Shown here: piece after piece, positions 1 through 15,770 of the stretch
Layout of the letters: the number at the start of each line of letters is the position of its first letter
How positions within the stretch are numbered: position 1 is the first letter of the stretch
Source: Camelus ferus
Lineage: Eukaryota
DNA length: 64,000 nucleotides
Direction of reading: 5' to 3'
NCBI RefSeq assembly: GCF_009834535.1
Contig: NC_045696.1
Coordinates: forward strand, 51,586,001 to 51,650,000
Notes under the pieces: generated by a model
The model's database searches: none
What the model was told of the DNA's origin: nothing
The model's input: the letters and a program-made list of their open reading frames with translations, nothing else
Made by a program: the position numbers and the translations under genes

Positions 1-57
1 GTATATCAACATATAAGATATATATTTCTCTATATATCATATATATAATTATATATG
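1..57. repeat. TA-rich low-complexity tract
   Basis: gtatatcaacatataagatatatatttctctatatatcatatatataattatatatg. Confidence 0.7.
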
Positions 58-59
58 AA

Positions 60-150
60 CCTTATTTCACAAGGTTTACAGTCCAGTGGGAAGGGACTAA
101 GACACCCATATAATGATAATGCAAGTCAGTACTGTTAAGTGCCAGAGGGG
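60..150 (-). mobile_element. LINE-2 fragment, highly diverged
   Basis: aaggtttacagtccagtgggaagg...ataatgcaag..gttaagtgcca resembles the antisense L2 3' region. Confidence 0.4.
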
Positions 151-344
151 CAATTTGCCAGGGAACCTGTGCATATATGAGATATTTGCATGCACAATAC
201 AATTAATGACTATAAAAGCCATCTGTTGTCCATAACTCTGGTTTACTTTTTCCAAGCACATAGATTCTTACAAGTGGGATTTTGGAGAGCCATGTTATAT
301 AACAAAGGCAACCTGAAACCATCCTCCTCCAGATCACCCAGGCT

Positions 345-507
345 ATCTAGGGACATGACACCCAGCTTCGTGTGAGTCAGGGCTTGTTAAAGCGCAGGGT
401 GCTGGGCTCCATCACCAGAGTCTCTGGTCCGGGTCTGATGGACCTGAGAAACTGCCTGCTGCTGCTGCTGCTGCTGCAGCGTCACACCCTGAGAAGCACT
501 GCTCCAG
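345..507. mobile_element. MER5A-like hAT-Charlie DNA transposon remnant
   Basis: gcttgttaaagcgcag..ctgggctccatcaccagagtctctg..ggtctg..ctgctg..cacaccctgagaagcactgctccag follows the MER5 pattern. Confidence 0.6.
456..476 (+). repeat. (CTG)7 trinucleotide repeat
   Basis: Seven perfect CTG units inside the MER5-like element. Confidence 0.9.
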
Positions 508-1049
508 CCTCAGCTCTGAACCTTCCCTGTTGACTGGCTTCCACGTCCACAGTCACACCAGGCTTCGCCTCTGTCTTTCCCTTCCATCCCTTTTCTTTGA
601 CTTCTGCTTTTTCTCTTGGGAGAGGGCATGGAGTCCATGCCAGGATGGTTTGTGTTATCTTTTCTTTTTCTCAAATTCTCTTGTTTTCAAATGTGTCCTT
701 GACTCTTGTTTTCCTTCCTCACAACTTTTATGAAGTTGCATAAAGCAAACCTAAGAAACTCCTAAAGAGATGAAGTCCTACTGTGGTTTGTTTGGCAGTA
801 GATAGAGTGGTTTAGTGAGAGATTTTCTTAAAAAAAAGTCCTTAAGGAATGGGGAAAAAAAGTTCCTGCTGTGGAGGAAGTTCAAGGGACACCCATGGGG
901 TATCACATTGCTTCCGTATTTGAATTCTACTGAGGAAGGAAATATGTTGAGAGTTTATTACTCAGAGACTGGAGATAGAGCAAAGAAACTCATTATCTCC
1001 TGAGAGGAGAGGGCTAAAATAATGATGAATTTTTTTAAAAAGACATTAA

Positions 1050-1235
1050 GTGGTACTTTACCTTTTATGAAAAGCTCTCACATGCATAATACCTTTACAG
1101 CTACTCAAAAGGCAGGAAAATTATTATTTCCACTTTAAATTCAAAGGAACTGAGGGTTATGAAATTAAGTGGCTTGCTTAAGGTCACAATTAGAGGAACC
1201 AAAACTGAACTCAAATCATCTAATTCCAGTACAGT
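1050..1235 (-). mobile_element. MIR SINE
   Basis: attattatttccacttta..ggaactgaggg..aaattaagtggcttgcttaaggtcaca..actgaactcaaatc is the antisense MIR core. Confidence 0.7.
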
Positions 1236-3419
1236 CGTCATTCACTTACATCCCTACTCTAAGTTTCAGGGTTATAATCATCATGGAATATGCTCTACAA
1301 CCAGTTTTTTTGGTTCTCGAAGGCAGGGCTTAGCTCCAAAGTCAATATGATGGACTACTTATTTGTCACAAACATGTCCCTTTGATGAACATGTGGATCA
1401 TTAACACAGTTACACAGAATTTTATTTAGACTCCAGATCTCAGAATGGATTTTCTGCAGTTGTTGAAAGTGAGTATCATTTACATTAAAACTTGGAATTA
1501 CTAAACTACACAGCCAGTTACCATGCATAGTAGCTGTGATGCCAAGAACCTAAGTTTCTTCCCTATTTGCTCTGTCAAGCTACTTTATCTTGGTAAGATT
1601 CTTTTTGGTTAGACTGTAGGTAAGAATACAGAATTCATGCCTCCTCTTCTAAGAACCCCCAGTACTTTCTAGAATCTTTTTAGACCAACATTTGGCCTTT
1701 TTGCTGTGGATCTGTATCATTTCCACTGGGCTCCTGTAAAGTCAGGAGGCCCCTCTTTTTTGATGTTTTCCCAAGAGATTGGAGAGAACTTTGTTTTGAA
1801 ATGTAGGCCACAGTGAATCCAGATCCTGAGTTACTTCCATATGTTCCGGCTGTCTCACCTTTTGAAAACCTAGACCAATAGCACCTAAACTTTGTTAGGT
1901 ATAGACTCCTTCATGCAGACAAAAGTCTTGATAGAGAGATGGCCCTGCCAAACTGCCACTGCCAAATGATTCTGGGATGAAAGGGAAGAGTGATGCTTCT
2001 TTTAAACGAAGTGCTGGAGTGAGATATGTCCATTATTAATTGTCCCTGGACACAGCCATGTTATACACACCAATAGGAAAACCTTGATAATTTACTGAGG
2101 ACCTTCATAGTTTACTAGAGATCTGAAGGCTACCCTTTGAGCATAACTCAGATTTATAAAATGACTTGACTTGTAGCTTTTGTATCTCTGATGTCTAAAT
2201 TTGCAAATCTGTTGCTGGTTTTCTTATGGGCAAATCTAGTTATTTGGGTTAACCACAGAATCCTTTGAATAAATGTGTTTACACACCAAAACACAATTTT
2301 CAGTAATACACTAAAATTTTTCTGTTGTAAAGTTAAAGCCTTATTTCAATATGTGATCTCATAGAATGTGTAAACTTTCTATCTGCTAGGTCTATTGGAA
2401 GAGATGAACAGAAGGGCAGAATAGAAGTGTTTTTGGATCCAAGATGAGGAAAGTCAACTTTGCTTAAGAATATACTTCCACAAATGGTCTCTTTTTTCCC
2501 CTTAATCCTTAATTGGATTGTTTACAAAATAGCTGTTCAGAGGAGGAAAAGACATAAACTATGTGAGAGCACTCTGTAAACCATAAATTGCCATATAAAT
2601 AAAAATACAACTATTTGATTAATTTACTAAGTAGTGATGATACCCTTCTCACATGGAAAACTTCCTTGATTGATCTCAGAGTATCAGTGCATTCACATTT
2701 ACCCCAAGTAAACACAGTGACTTACCACTACCCGATTTTCTTCCTAAATTCAGTAGTGAGTCACTATGTTGTTTTGGAGGTATGAAAACTGTCATCTTTA
2801 AGAACAACTGATTTGCATAAAGGCACCTACATGGATTTACATACTGTCCTGACTTAAGCTGAACTGTAAAGAAGGAAAAATTCCCCTGAAGTCATGTTCT
2901 ATTTCAGTTGTTCACTTCCATGTTGATTTGTTTGTCACTGTCCTTCTCTCCTACTTCCCAATTTAAGTTGATCTGTTTTACATCCTATCCCTTGGCTATT
3001 CCTGCCAGCTGATCTGAGAAACAAGGTTGCTTTTAGGATCTAACTTGTTTTCATGTATTATAATTCAAGTATGTAACTTTCTCCCTTCAATTTATTTGTC
3101 ATTTAGCAGGGATATTCTAGAAATAGAGGTTTACCAGAAGAGTGACTCTCATAAGAGGAATTTCAAACACTGTGATCATCATTGGGGTAAGTATTTTCAG
3201 GTAGTAGAGAATCCATGTGAAGTCATATCAATACGTAGTCCCCTATATGGAGGAGTGTCTGTGGAGTTCTCACTTCTTGTCTGGTTTTAGAACTAGGAAA
3301 GGGCTCTGGCTGGGAGGTCAGGAGATTTTGGCTCTATAATCATGGACTCCAGGGATGAAACACCATCTTGCCCAGCTACTTACCTGATGATTGAATCCCC
3401 TCTATAACATCCCTATAAA

Positions 3420-3620
3420 ATGATCACCCATCCTCTCCTTGAACACCACTAGTTATAGGTACTCACTGCCTTTGGAGGCTATCCATCCATCTCACAGCAC
3501 CTCTGCCTGTTAACAAAACTTTCTCTTTAATTTAAGTGAATCTCCTTATAGCTTCCAATCATTGGTCTATTTCTACCTTTTGAAACCAAACAAAACAAGC
3601 TTAATGTTTCTTCCCTCCAA
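3420..3620 (-). mobile_element. L3/CR1 LINE fragment
   Basis: catcctctccttgaacaccactagt..actcactgcctttggaggc..aaaactttctctttaa..agcttccaatcattggtcta resembles the CR1/L3 3' region in antisense. Confidence 0.55.
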
Positions 3621-3669
3621 CCCATTTAAACAATGCCAATAGTGCAAACTACAGGTACCCTTTATAAAG

Positions 3670-3900
3670 TGCTTATTATTAAAGTGGGAATTGCTCTAAG
3701 AACTTCATATATATTAATTCATTTAATCTTTAAAACAGCACTACAGGAAAGATGTATCACTACTATCCCCATTGTATAGATGAGGAAACGAACATATAGA
3801 AAGGTTCAGTGAATTTCCCAAGCAGGCAAAGGTCGGTAGGCACTTTCAGTTCAAACCTAGGCCCTGCCCAACATCTCTGGCACCTTTAACCATAACTCAA
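3670..3900 (-). mobile_element. MIR SINE
   Basis: attaattcatttaatc..tactatccccattgtatagatgaggaaac..aggttcagtgaatttcccaag. Confidence 0.75.
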
Positions 3901-4164
3901 TGCCATGACTTCACACCCCTTCACCATCCTAATCATACTATCCTGAGTGTGTCCCAGTTAGTCTACTGCCTTTTTAAAAGGGAGTACCCAGAACAGACTG
4001 TGGTCTCTAGATGTGGAATATAGAGAATAAATGCTAGAAAACAGAACGAGTCCATCACCTGTCCTCATTTCAGGGACCATAAATGCAGTGGCCTCTTCAA
4101 GCTGATGGTTCAGATAAAACTTACTACAGACTAAAACCCTTGCCCCTATTCTGCCCATACGACT

Positions 4165-4235
4165 CCAGTCTGTAAAATGAGGTGACAAGTATATGATCAG
4201 CAAGGATTTTTCCAGTTCTAAACTTCCAGGATTAA
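4165..4235 (+). mobile_element. MIR (MIR3-type) 3' fragment
   Basis: ctgtaaaatgagg..atatgatcagcaagga..ttccagttctaaa. Confidence 0.45.
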
Positions 4236-4303
4236 AGAATAGATTTCAACATTCAGTGTGTTTAAGGGATTTTTTTGCCTGCCAATTCTGTATCAGGCTT
4301 TCA

Positions 4304-6403
<2,100 letters not shown>

Positions 6404-6982
6404 TTAACCCCCTAGACCTTCAGCCAGAGTTGTCGATATAAGCAGAGCAGCCTAAAAAAACAGGTCATTGCCTGCTATTCCTACAACTTCAGCGAATAAG
6501 AACTGAAAGGCAAACAGAACACTTACTCTTGTGAAATTGCACCTCTACTTTAGATATAGGCTGAAGCCCAGGTCCTTTGGGAAAGCTTCCGTTTTCCTCA
6601 ATTTATCAAAATTTCTTTTTATTCACATACCACAACACTGTTTATAGTTAAATGAATTCCCTTCCTGTTAATTTATATGGTGCATTCCCTAAATCCACAC
6701 CATGGACACAAAAATCCTTGAAAAATTCAACCCAGAGTAAGATATCCACTGAATAGCTGCCAGCATGTTTTCAGTCAAGGGACAGGCAATCTGCTAGCTA
6801 CAGGGGGACTTGCCCTCTGCTTTCTGTATCTACACATTCTTCTCATCATCTCTGACCACCTGTTTCTGGTGATTGTCTGTGATATGGTGGTTGTCCTTGT
6901 CTGAATTTTCTGGGGCTTAATAAAGAAGGAATGTTAAAAAGGTCAAAGATGGAGGCGTTGGCCTGGGAGACTGGAGTACACT

Positions 6983-7094
6983 AGGTGATCATATTTGCCA
7001 TTCAAACTGGGCACTTTTGAGACTGAAAGGGAGCACCATTAATAATTAGGTCAGGACAGCAGGAGTAAATCCGAAGTGGGACGTACGATCACCT
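6983..7094. mobile_element. MER94-like hAT-Blackjack non-autonomous element
   Basis: Perfect 8-bp terminal inverted repeats aggtgatc (6983) / gatcacct (7087-7094). The internal caaactgggcacttttgagactgaaagggagcaccattaataatta matches the MER94 pattern from memory. Confidence 0.7.
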
Positions 7095-8049
7095 GAGGTA
7101 ACTGGGTGCTCTATGCACTTGCTAGAGAAATCAAACAGCTCCCGGTAGGAAAGCACCACTCCACTATGTGGAGGATGTGGAGAGCCTGACCTGTTGTCAC
7201 CCTTATTCCCCAGGCTGTGTAGACAAGGGATAACGTTGCTAACGTTTGATCACAGATTGAGAAAGAAAACAAGTGTCTGTAATACCAAGTCTTCCTATTT
7301 TTCTACTTCACGTCTCTAAGGAATCTAAAGAATCCTTCTCTTCAAAGTATTCTCCAATCAGATTCCCAGTCTTCACAACTGAGCAATCAGCTTGAGGGAG
7401 GCTAAGAAAGTAGGCTTTCAAATCAGGTGAGCCAAGTACGGGCTGTTGGCTGTGACCCAGGTCCCTGTTCCTTGTTGGAAGTGACCCAGAGGCAAGGGCA
7501 GGCACACAGGAGGCCCACCTCTTCAGGCTGTTTCTCCTCTGCCTTAGGAGAAAGGACCTGCTCAGGGAAGTCTGAGCCCCACTGGGTTTGCTACCTTGCT
7601 CCACCCAATCTCCTCGTGCTGTCTGAGCTCAGTTGGTGTGACCATATCCTTATATTCTCATTCGTTTCCTTTGCTCCCAACTTGACATTTAGTCAGCCTC
7701 ACATATATCCTCTTAACTTAACAAATGCCTGTGGGCTCCATGTTCTCTTTCAGTAAAATAATTTGTGCAAATTTTTCATAGGAGAATTCCTTCTTGTTCT
7801 GATTTCCATCAGGCCTGACATGTGCCTAAAATATTTCATTAGCCTACTGTTTCTATTTTTTTCTCTTATGTAAAACAAACTGTCTTTGCCAGATTAAAGA
7901 ATCATGGTGAATCCTCTATAACTGTGCTAATACAAAATATGGACTGAGGGGACGGCCCCAATAACCTAGGAAGGAAATTTCAGGAAATCAGTCAGCAGCC
8001 TTAATTCCAAGGTCTTGCTTGCTGAATCCCCCATGCATGAGTACCATGA

Positions 8050-8310
8050 TCATAATAACAAGAGCAAACATTTTTTTAAGAGTGGACCATGTGTTGAGTT
8101 CTAACTACTTCATGTATATTATTTCATTGAATCCTCATACCAATCCTATGATGTAGGTTAATATTATTACCCCCATATTTCAGATGAGGAAACCGAGGCC
8201 AGAGAAATTAAATTCACTCAAGGTCACAGAGGAATTGGTGGTGGAGCTGGCATTTGAACCCAGGGAGTCTGGTTCTACAGTTCATGCTCCTATCTGTATT
8301 GCATGCTTTG
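8050..8310 (-). mobile_element. MIR SINE, near full length
   Basis: ttatttcattgaatcctcata..attattacccccatatttcagatgaggaaaccgaggc..caaggtcacag..gagctggcatttgaaccca. Confidence 0.88.
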
Positions 8311-8824
8311 TGCCTGAATGAAGTCTGGCCCTTAGGTGTCGTGGGTCTGCTGTAAAGCTGGGTGGAAACATTTGTCCAGAAAGCCCTCCAGCTACTTCTA
8401 TACCTTTCCACAAATTAGCATGCTGTTCATGTTTCTAGGCCTTGGGTCTTCAACATAGCCTCAGTCATCTAATAAAGAACATCTTTTTAAAACTTTATAA
8501 ATGGAATAATGCAGGAGATACAACAACTTGTCCTGGTACTAAAATGTAGAGTTTTCTACATGCATTTTACTATCACCAAGGTCTCTTTCATTTAAGTACA
8601 ATGTTAATAAGCACTAAAACTGGTTGCATCTCTGATAAAATCACCATCTCTGAGTAGGATGGATTTGCTAAAAAAATTTTTTTCCACACAGGTGAAAGCA
8701 CACATTAAACACACAACTGCTTACAGCACCAGTCACATCTGTGTCACTAAAGATGTTACATTTGACAAAGAGTTGTCTTCTTTCTGATGATTCTGGGAAG
8801 AAGTTCAATTGCAATTATCATAAT

Positions 8825-9055
8825 GAGTAATAACCACTTAGCATTTTACAGTGTACAAACTCTTTCACACGTCACATCGCATTTACTCCTTACAACAATC
8901 CTGCATGTCTTCAGGACAGGTTCCATTATTACTACTTGATGTAAGAGGGAGTTGAGGCTAAATAACTTGTCCAAGTTTTACACAGTGAAACTGGTAAGTG
9001 GCAGGGTTGGGATTAGAACCCATGTCCCTTCAGGTCCTTTTCATCACACAGCACT
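8825..9055 (-). mobile_element. MIR SINE
   Basis: ctttcacac..catttactccttacaacaatcctg..aataacttgtccaag..gtaagtggcagggttgggattagaaccca. Confidence 0.75.
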
Positions 9056-9208
9056 GGATCACTGACCAATGAAACTTGGATTGCCCAAAGACTGAGGGCC
9101 AACCTGATTCTCAGGACATAGAAGAAAAGATAAAGACACTGAAAGCTATGATGGAGGCTGCTTTAGAGATGGAAATGGTCAACAAGAGCTGTCATTATAT
9201 CACACACC

Positions 9209-9210
<2 letters not shown>

Positions 9211-9258
<48 letters not shown>

Positions 9259-9260
9259 CA
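9211..9260 (+). repeat. (CA)n microsatellite, about 25 units with one interruption
   Basis: Direct reading. Confidence 0.95.
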
Positions 9261-12200
9261 GAGTCTCATGAGAAAAATTCAAACTATTTGTTTGACTGAG
9301 CTGGTCAAGTTGATCTGAATCAGGTAACCCTACAGAGATAATCACAAAAAATTGTCTGTTAAATAGTCTGAGTTATGATTATTTCAGTCATATTGTCATC
9401 AACTTCATTAAAAACCACAGAGACAAACTCAAACCTGTGCACACATATAACCTGACCTGACAGGCCCAGTTGGATTCTTATAGACACAATTTTTAAACAT
9501 CTCTCCAAGTGCACTGGTCCTACGCTGCAGTGAGCAGCCATGAAAGGCCGAATCGGTTTTGCTGATATGGGTATAGATGCGATGGGGGCCCTGCGTGTCC
9601 ATTCAAGCATGCCTCGTCCCTCCGGCACACAATGCCGAAACAGTTCCTTTCCCAGGCTTTCTTTTATTTTACCACTAATACAGTGGGAAAAAGTTTCTCC
9701 TACGGCAAGGCAATGTCCAGGCTTTTGTGAAAGAGGTCCTTTTCATCCAATGGGCATTAATGTATAGATTCCAACGGAGTAAATCTGAAATACTCTACTG
9801 TAGAAGATTTGTTCTCCATTGAAAACAAATCTTGATTAGATGGTTATTCAGAGACTGTATAGGAAGGAATGGTGTGAAAATGCTAACTCCATTCTCTCCT
9901 AGATTGGCACTGAATAGGCATTTGGGCTATTCAAAAAAAAAAAAAAACCCTCAAACTCTACAAAACCATACAACTTTACAAAGATTTTGTGTATTAGGGG
10001 AATGCCACCTCCCCCTCACCATCCCCTCAACCCCCCCAAAAAACCCCAAAAAACCCCACAGTGATGTTAACATAGAACTCATGGGGCCAAATGAAAAGTG
10101 TAATAAAAATAGTTCTGTGTATGTTTTAAAATAATAACCTAACTTCTTTCCACTAGAGTAAAAATATAGAGTCCTTCTGTGATGGCATTCACTAGAACAT
10201 GCGAGGAATTCTATTCCTGAAAGCGATCGTGTATTCTGGGTGACTGTGTTCTGTGAGTGGGCACAGTAGGGATGAGGCTGAGGCGGGAGTGAGCACCGAA
10301 GGGGAATTCTGCTTGTGGCGAAATAGCTGAGAGAGGGCCTGGCTCCCTGTCTTGCAGGAACCCGGCTCCTGCCTGTCTCTTAAACTGTGGGTGTCCAGGG
10401 ATAGGACTTAGCATGAGAGTAAAAAGCTGCCGATGCACAAGGGAAAATGAACAAGAAAGGAAACAGCAGGCAATACAATCTCTTTTAATTAGGTGTGAAA
10501 TCCAGTCCTTTCTCAGCCTAGATATATAAAATGAAAGTAGTGTAAGGGTGAGGTGCTGCAGAGGGAGATGGGAATTTGAAGTCTCTGTGGCTTGGAAAGA
10601 AACCCCGGCTCTCAGATGAAAACCAGTATGAATTCTGGTCAAGTCAATAGGCCTAAGTCAAATGGCAGGGCCGAAGAGCCCTTGAGCTTTCAATCTGGGC
10701 CACCAGGCTCACATGTGGTAAGTGGGTCAGCACACGAAATTGGGCCAGGTGGCCAGGCCTCCACGACCCCGCCTCTTATCACACCCTTTCCCAGATTGTG
10801 CTCTGATGCTTTTAGCAGGCTGAAGTTGCTCTTTCATTCATCAGGTGATTAGTGATGCTCTGAAGCTTTCGCATCTTGGAGCTACTTAGCAAGCTGGTCA
10901 CACTAACTGGGAAAGAGCCAGTTCTTGCTGGAGAAAGCTGGGATGCAGGTGGCAACTCAGGCCCTTTCCTCCCAGAATCTACATCTGTTGCCCTGCCAGG
11001 GGCAAGACCTGAGTCATGTCTCCTTCACCTGTGTGCTGAGGGGGACTTGCTGAACTTCTGCACTGCAGGAGGTTAGAGGTTGCTTGCTCCAGGCTCCACC
11101 ATCCAGAGCAGATGGCCCTGCAGGTCCCTACACTCCCTATCTCACTGGTATCATCACAGTCTTTGGCTAGGAGCACTGGGGAGACCACTTACGCAAACGC
11201 AATGAAGGGATCAGCATTAGAGTTGTATGAATAAATGAATACATGAAAGTTTTGTGACAAATTAACATTAAAATTTTACTTGAAACAGTAAAAAAAAATT
11301 AGGCTACATTTTAGCAACTATATAGGACCTATGTTATGCTTTTCTATGTAAAATTTACCCTCAACCTCATTCTGTTGTCAACTCCTTATTTTACTTCTAC
11401 TCTGATTCTTTTTTTGTATTACATATAAATATATTTTCCTATTTATTTATGTATTAAACATTCTTTCAGGCCAACTTAAATCCTTTTAGTTAAAGGGTGA
11501 GGATATCATCAAATAATTAATCAACAAATCACTGTACATCAGCTTTATGGAACCGATTCTGAACATAAGTTAACACTTCATTTTGGAGTATTAAAAAGTT
11601 ACATGCTTTATGAATCTATATACTTCGAGTATCTGATTCCCGTGGACTAACACAATGAAAGTTCAAACACCTTACTCTTGTACAGTACAGCTTGTGAAAG
11701 CTAAGTTTTAAGCTATCAAAGGCACTGGGTAGCTATAATGCTAGACAACATTCTGAAAGACACCTATGCCCTCATTCCAAAGCTGAAGGGAAATGGCTTC
11801 TTCTTGACGAGGAAGGACCTGTTAGGACTAAGGAGAAAAGTCAATGAAATCTGAGGTTGATGCCTTCAAATCCTCTTATATTGTAAACCTTTTGAGACAC
11901 CTTTTAGTAGTTTGATTTTTTTTCCCCCTAAAGCTCTTTCCTTACAAATTTAGCTGCAGCCCTATTGTAACCTTTTCCTTTGTTCACTAAATCCACGGAA
12001 CAAAAACAGAGAGATACTGCATCTGTGGGAGGGATTTAAAAAAAAAATGAACAAAAGGATCTACTTAAATTCACAAAGTATGCAGTTTGAACTTGGCTTT
12101 GGATAGGCCTTAAAGAAAGGTCTGTATATTCAAATGCACAGTTAATAAGTTAGGTCCTTTATTTTGCTTGAGGGGAAATTATACATTCAAAAAGTGTTTA

Positions 12201-14339
12201 TATAAAAACCAGCATCTTTTTACTTACTAACCTGTTCTCCTTTTGATCTCTACATCATCATAGACTTATTTTTAAAGGTAAAACAAATTTTTAACTTCAG
12301 CAAGTTCAAAGATCCAGTGTAACTAACTCCTGGGAAGCTATTTCTTTGGTAAATATCGTCCACTGGTGATGAAGAACAGTTAGGTAAGAAACTAATTTTT
12401 TGACTTTGAGGCAACTTTTCTCTAAACTTCAGTAAGTGAGAAAACAGAACCGTATAGTGTCATTATAAAAAAGCTTTTTGACAAAAATAATCACAGAGCT
12501 TCCCAAGTCACAGGACTTCCTTTAGTCCTCCACGGTTCGCTATTCTGAAACTGCTTTTGAAGCAGATCTTCAGATTCATGCTCAAATGTTCTCTTTGCTT
12601 GTGTCTTCCTAGAAAAAAAAAGTTGCTTCCATTGTGACAACTGGTTTTCAAGCATAGCTCTGTTTGTTCGTAGAAGGGGGCTAAACTCTTTCTCTCTGAA
12701 AAGTGTGGACTTGAGCCATGATTGACTGTCCTACTGAGGAATGAAGGCCTTCTATCTCAAAGCAACAAGGAAAAGCCAAGGAAAAAGGTAAATTTGTTTC
12801 GCTGGATGACTGGTTAAGATAGAAGCACAGAGGAGATTTGATGTGGGCCAGTTTAAGAAAGTAGCAGAAACTACATCTCAACAGCCCACCCAGGGTGACC
12901 CATTATGAAGCAGGCAGAAGATTTCCTTAAGAAAGAGCAGGACGTAAGTTCCTTCTGGCTCATGCTGAGACAAAGAATAGTCTAAACAAGTGTTGTCAGA
13001 ACTGAAAACCTTGGGAAGCACTGGTGAGTGAGTGAAGTGGAAGGCATACTTTGCAATTATTCTAATTAGGAATAAAGTATTGTATTTTAATTTTGTTTAT
13101 TTTTTATTAAATTCTTTATATGTTCTTTTATATAATATTTTATTATATCATTTACATATTACAGGATAAGGATGTTAAGCTGTAAGAGTCTTTTACTGCT
13201 AAGGTAACATTCTAATTATCTCGTCTTACTTCACTCATTTGATTGGATCTTATTTTGTCATTTTTCCCCAAATACAATCTCTGTGCTAATTCAAGAAGTT
13301 GGACATTTTGCCATCCCTTGATGGGCTGCATTCATTCTTAATTCTCTTCTTCTGCTGAATTTGCCCTAAGTTCTGAGATTACTGTGCTTTCTCTACTTCC
13401 CACGTTTCCTGTACCACCTGAGAACCCTGTTCAAGGTTCTTCCTTCTCCACAGAGCCTTCTTTGATTACTGAACTCCATCCTGAGTTCTTTCTTTTCCTG
13501 GTTCCCACTGGTAGGTGAGGTAATAAACTGAAACATTAATTTCTGTTTTTTTTTTTTTCCCATGGAATTAGGAAACTTTTGTAATAATAAGGCGATTAAG
13601 AAAGACCAAGCCTTGCTTACAGTTCTAGGCTCCCTTGTACCAGGGACTTGTGGCTTCAGAGCCTGAATCAGAGGTTAAGCCCTAAAAACAAAGCCCTGAA
13701 ACAGGAGGCTTTGATTTTTGAATCCAGGTTCTCTAAGAGGAGTTAAGCTGAGCTGTTTCTGGGGTGAGGAGGGGAGACGGTACTTAGGAATTAGATTGAA
13801 GTGGCCTGAAAGGGGAGAAAAGAATCAACTTCCTGTCAAATGAGGAAGGTGCCAAGGTTTGAGGTCTCTGCCTGCACACAACTCTGGTTGAGGTGATTGC
13901 TCAGCACACTTTTAGAGGCTGGACATAAAAATACACTTACTTGAGAGGAACAGTGAGGATCCTGGGACTGGGGCCATGTTCACTAGTTAGAACCACTGGG
14001 AAGGGCACATCTAAACCCAACTAATGCAGTCAGATGGACCCGGCTCGATGGCATCTTTGTCAGGTAGACAATGTCGATGATGGAAGACTTACAGACTAAG
14101 GATCTGACCCCTCCCTGGATGTCATGAGTCTTTTCCAAATCTAGGGAGGGGAAGGGAGCCCTGAAGGTGGACTGAATTTCTTGTTAACTTAGTGATAGGG
14201 GCCTTGGGTTTAATTTTCTTTAGAAAAACATGAAAATGTTTCTTGCACCTGAATGTTACAGAATAAGTCTGAACTTCTGATTGTTAATCCATATCAGTAT
14301 ATTATTGATTACTGTCTCTCTTCATTTTTCTTTTTTTGT

Positions 14340-14495
14340 GCCTACCCCATCTCTATAAGAAGACTCTAAGCTTCTTGGAGGTTAGTACCTTGCCTTGTTA
14401 TAACTTCAACTACAACCACAAAGTCAGATCCCTCACACTGTCCAACACACTTCTTTACATTGAGTGGGTCTTATCTCAGAGTTTGTTTGCTTAGC
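14340..14495 (+). mobile_element. LINE-2 3' end fragment
   Basis: agactctaagcttcttgggag..ccttgccttgtt..cacactgtccaacaca..gtgggtctta. Confidence 0.45.
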
Positions 14496-15649
14496 TCTCC
14501 ACTACACATCACAAAGATGCTGACAGTAAGTGGGCACCTTCCGACTTCTGAGGGCGCACCTTTTCTGAGCCACATCTACATGCTGTGGTCCCGGGGTCTT
14601 TCTGTCCCTGCAGTCCTGTGCGATGGGGAGTCTTCTCCTAGTCCCTTATCACCCTACCCCTCTCATTAGGGAAGTTCAGTATGAAGTCAAGGTCTAAGGC
14701 AATTGGTTTTTTATGTGTTCACTGCATTTCTCACAATGTGTGCTCATTCATTTGTGATTTCTGACACATGCCATTCTGTCCCCATCTCTCTGATTCCATT
14801 TCCTCCAAGAGACAGCTCACTGGTCCCACCGTCATCTGAAGATTCAGTGAAACTCAAAGCTGAGCCACACCTTGCAACTTCAAGTGAGAAGAGATGACAA
14901 ATCTGTGGTGTGATATAAAAATGATCAGGGCAATCTTTCCTCCCACCCCCAACTCTTGCCTAACTGAGGGAAGCTAACTGGCTTGGTAACAGATGTTACA
15001 GAGCTATCTATCAATCAGATTTGATAATGGCCATTTAGATTTGCATAAACAGTGTCAGGGATTGTTTAGAATATTTTCACTTGATGGCCACTGGGTGTCC
15101 TCATTTACAAAGTAAATATGCAATATTTAGTGTAGGTCACCAGAGAATAAAAGACACTAGTTTTCTCTTTGGCCTTTCATATACTGAGTTTAAATTTATT
15201 GCTGAACTCACAACCAGGTCACATATTAGTACTGTTTAAAACCCTCCAGGTCAAACTGTTAAAGTTTATAACTTTAAAGTAACTTCTGCAGGTTTCAGAC
15301 ATGAATTTACAAGGCTGTTTCCTCAGTAGAGGGGACTGTGATCCAGCTATTAGAATGAGCCCTTATTCATTTGAAAATTGGCATGGGATTTTGAGGATCT
15401 GCTGAGAGAGCCAGGAAAGACGAGCAGAGAAGGTCTTAATTTATTCTTGAAAGAAAAGAGAACACCAAATATCTCCAAGGGATATTTGTAAAATTCTGTT
15501 TTTCTCTCAACTTTTCTGAAAACCAATTAAAAATAATAATGAGAAAGATAAAATATGTCCTTTGCTTTGGAAGCCTGAAATAATGTGAAAAATAGTACAA
15601 GAGCTGTGTCATATAATGGTTATCAATCATTTCATATTTAACAACAGAG

Positions 15650-15770
15650 AATTAAGTTATTCCTTTGTGGACCTGTTGTCCCACCTGTAAAATGAAGATG
15701 CTGTGCTTCACAGGATGTTGTAGGACAAATAAAATAGACTATGAAGACACATGGGGTTCCTAAGAAGAGA
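15650..15770 (+). mobile_element. MIR fragment
   Basis: aagttatt..cctgttgtcccacctgtaaaatgaagatg..cttcacaggatgttgtagga. Confidence 0.55.
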
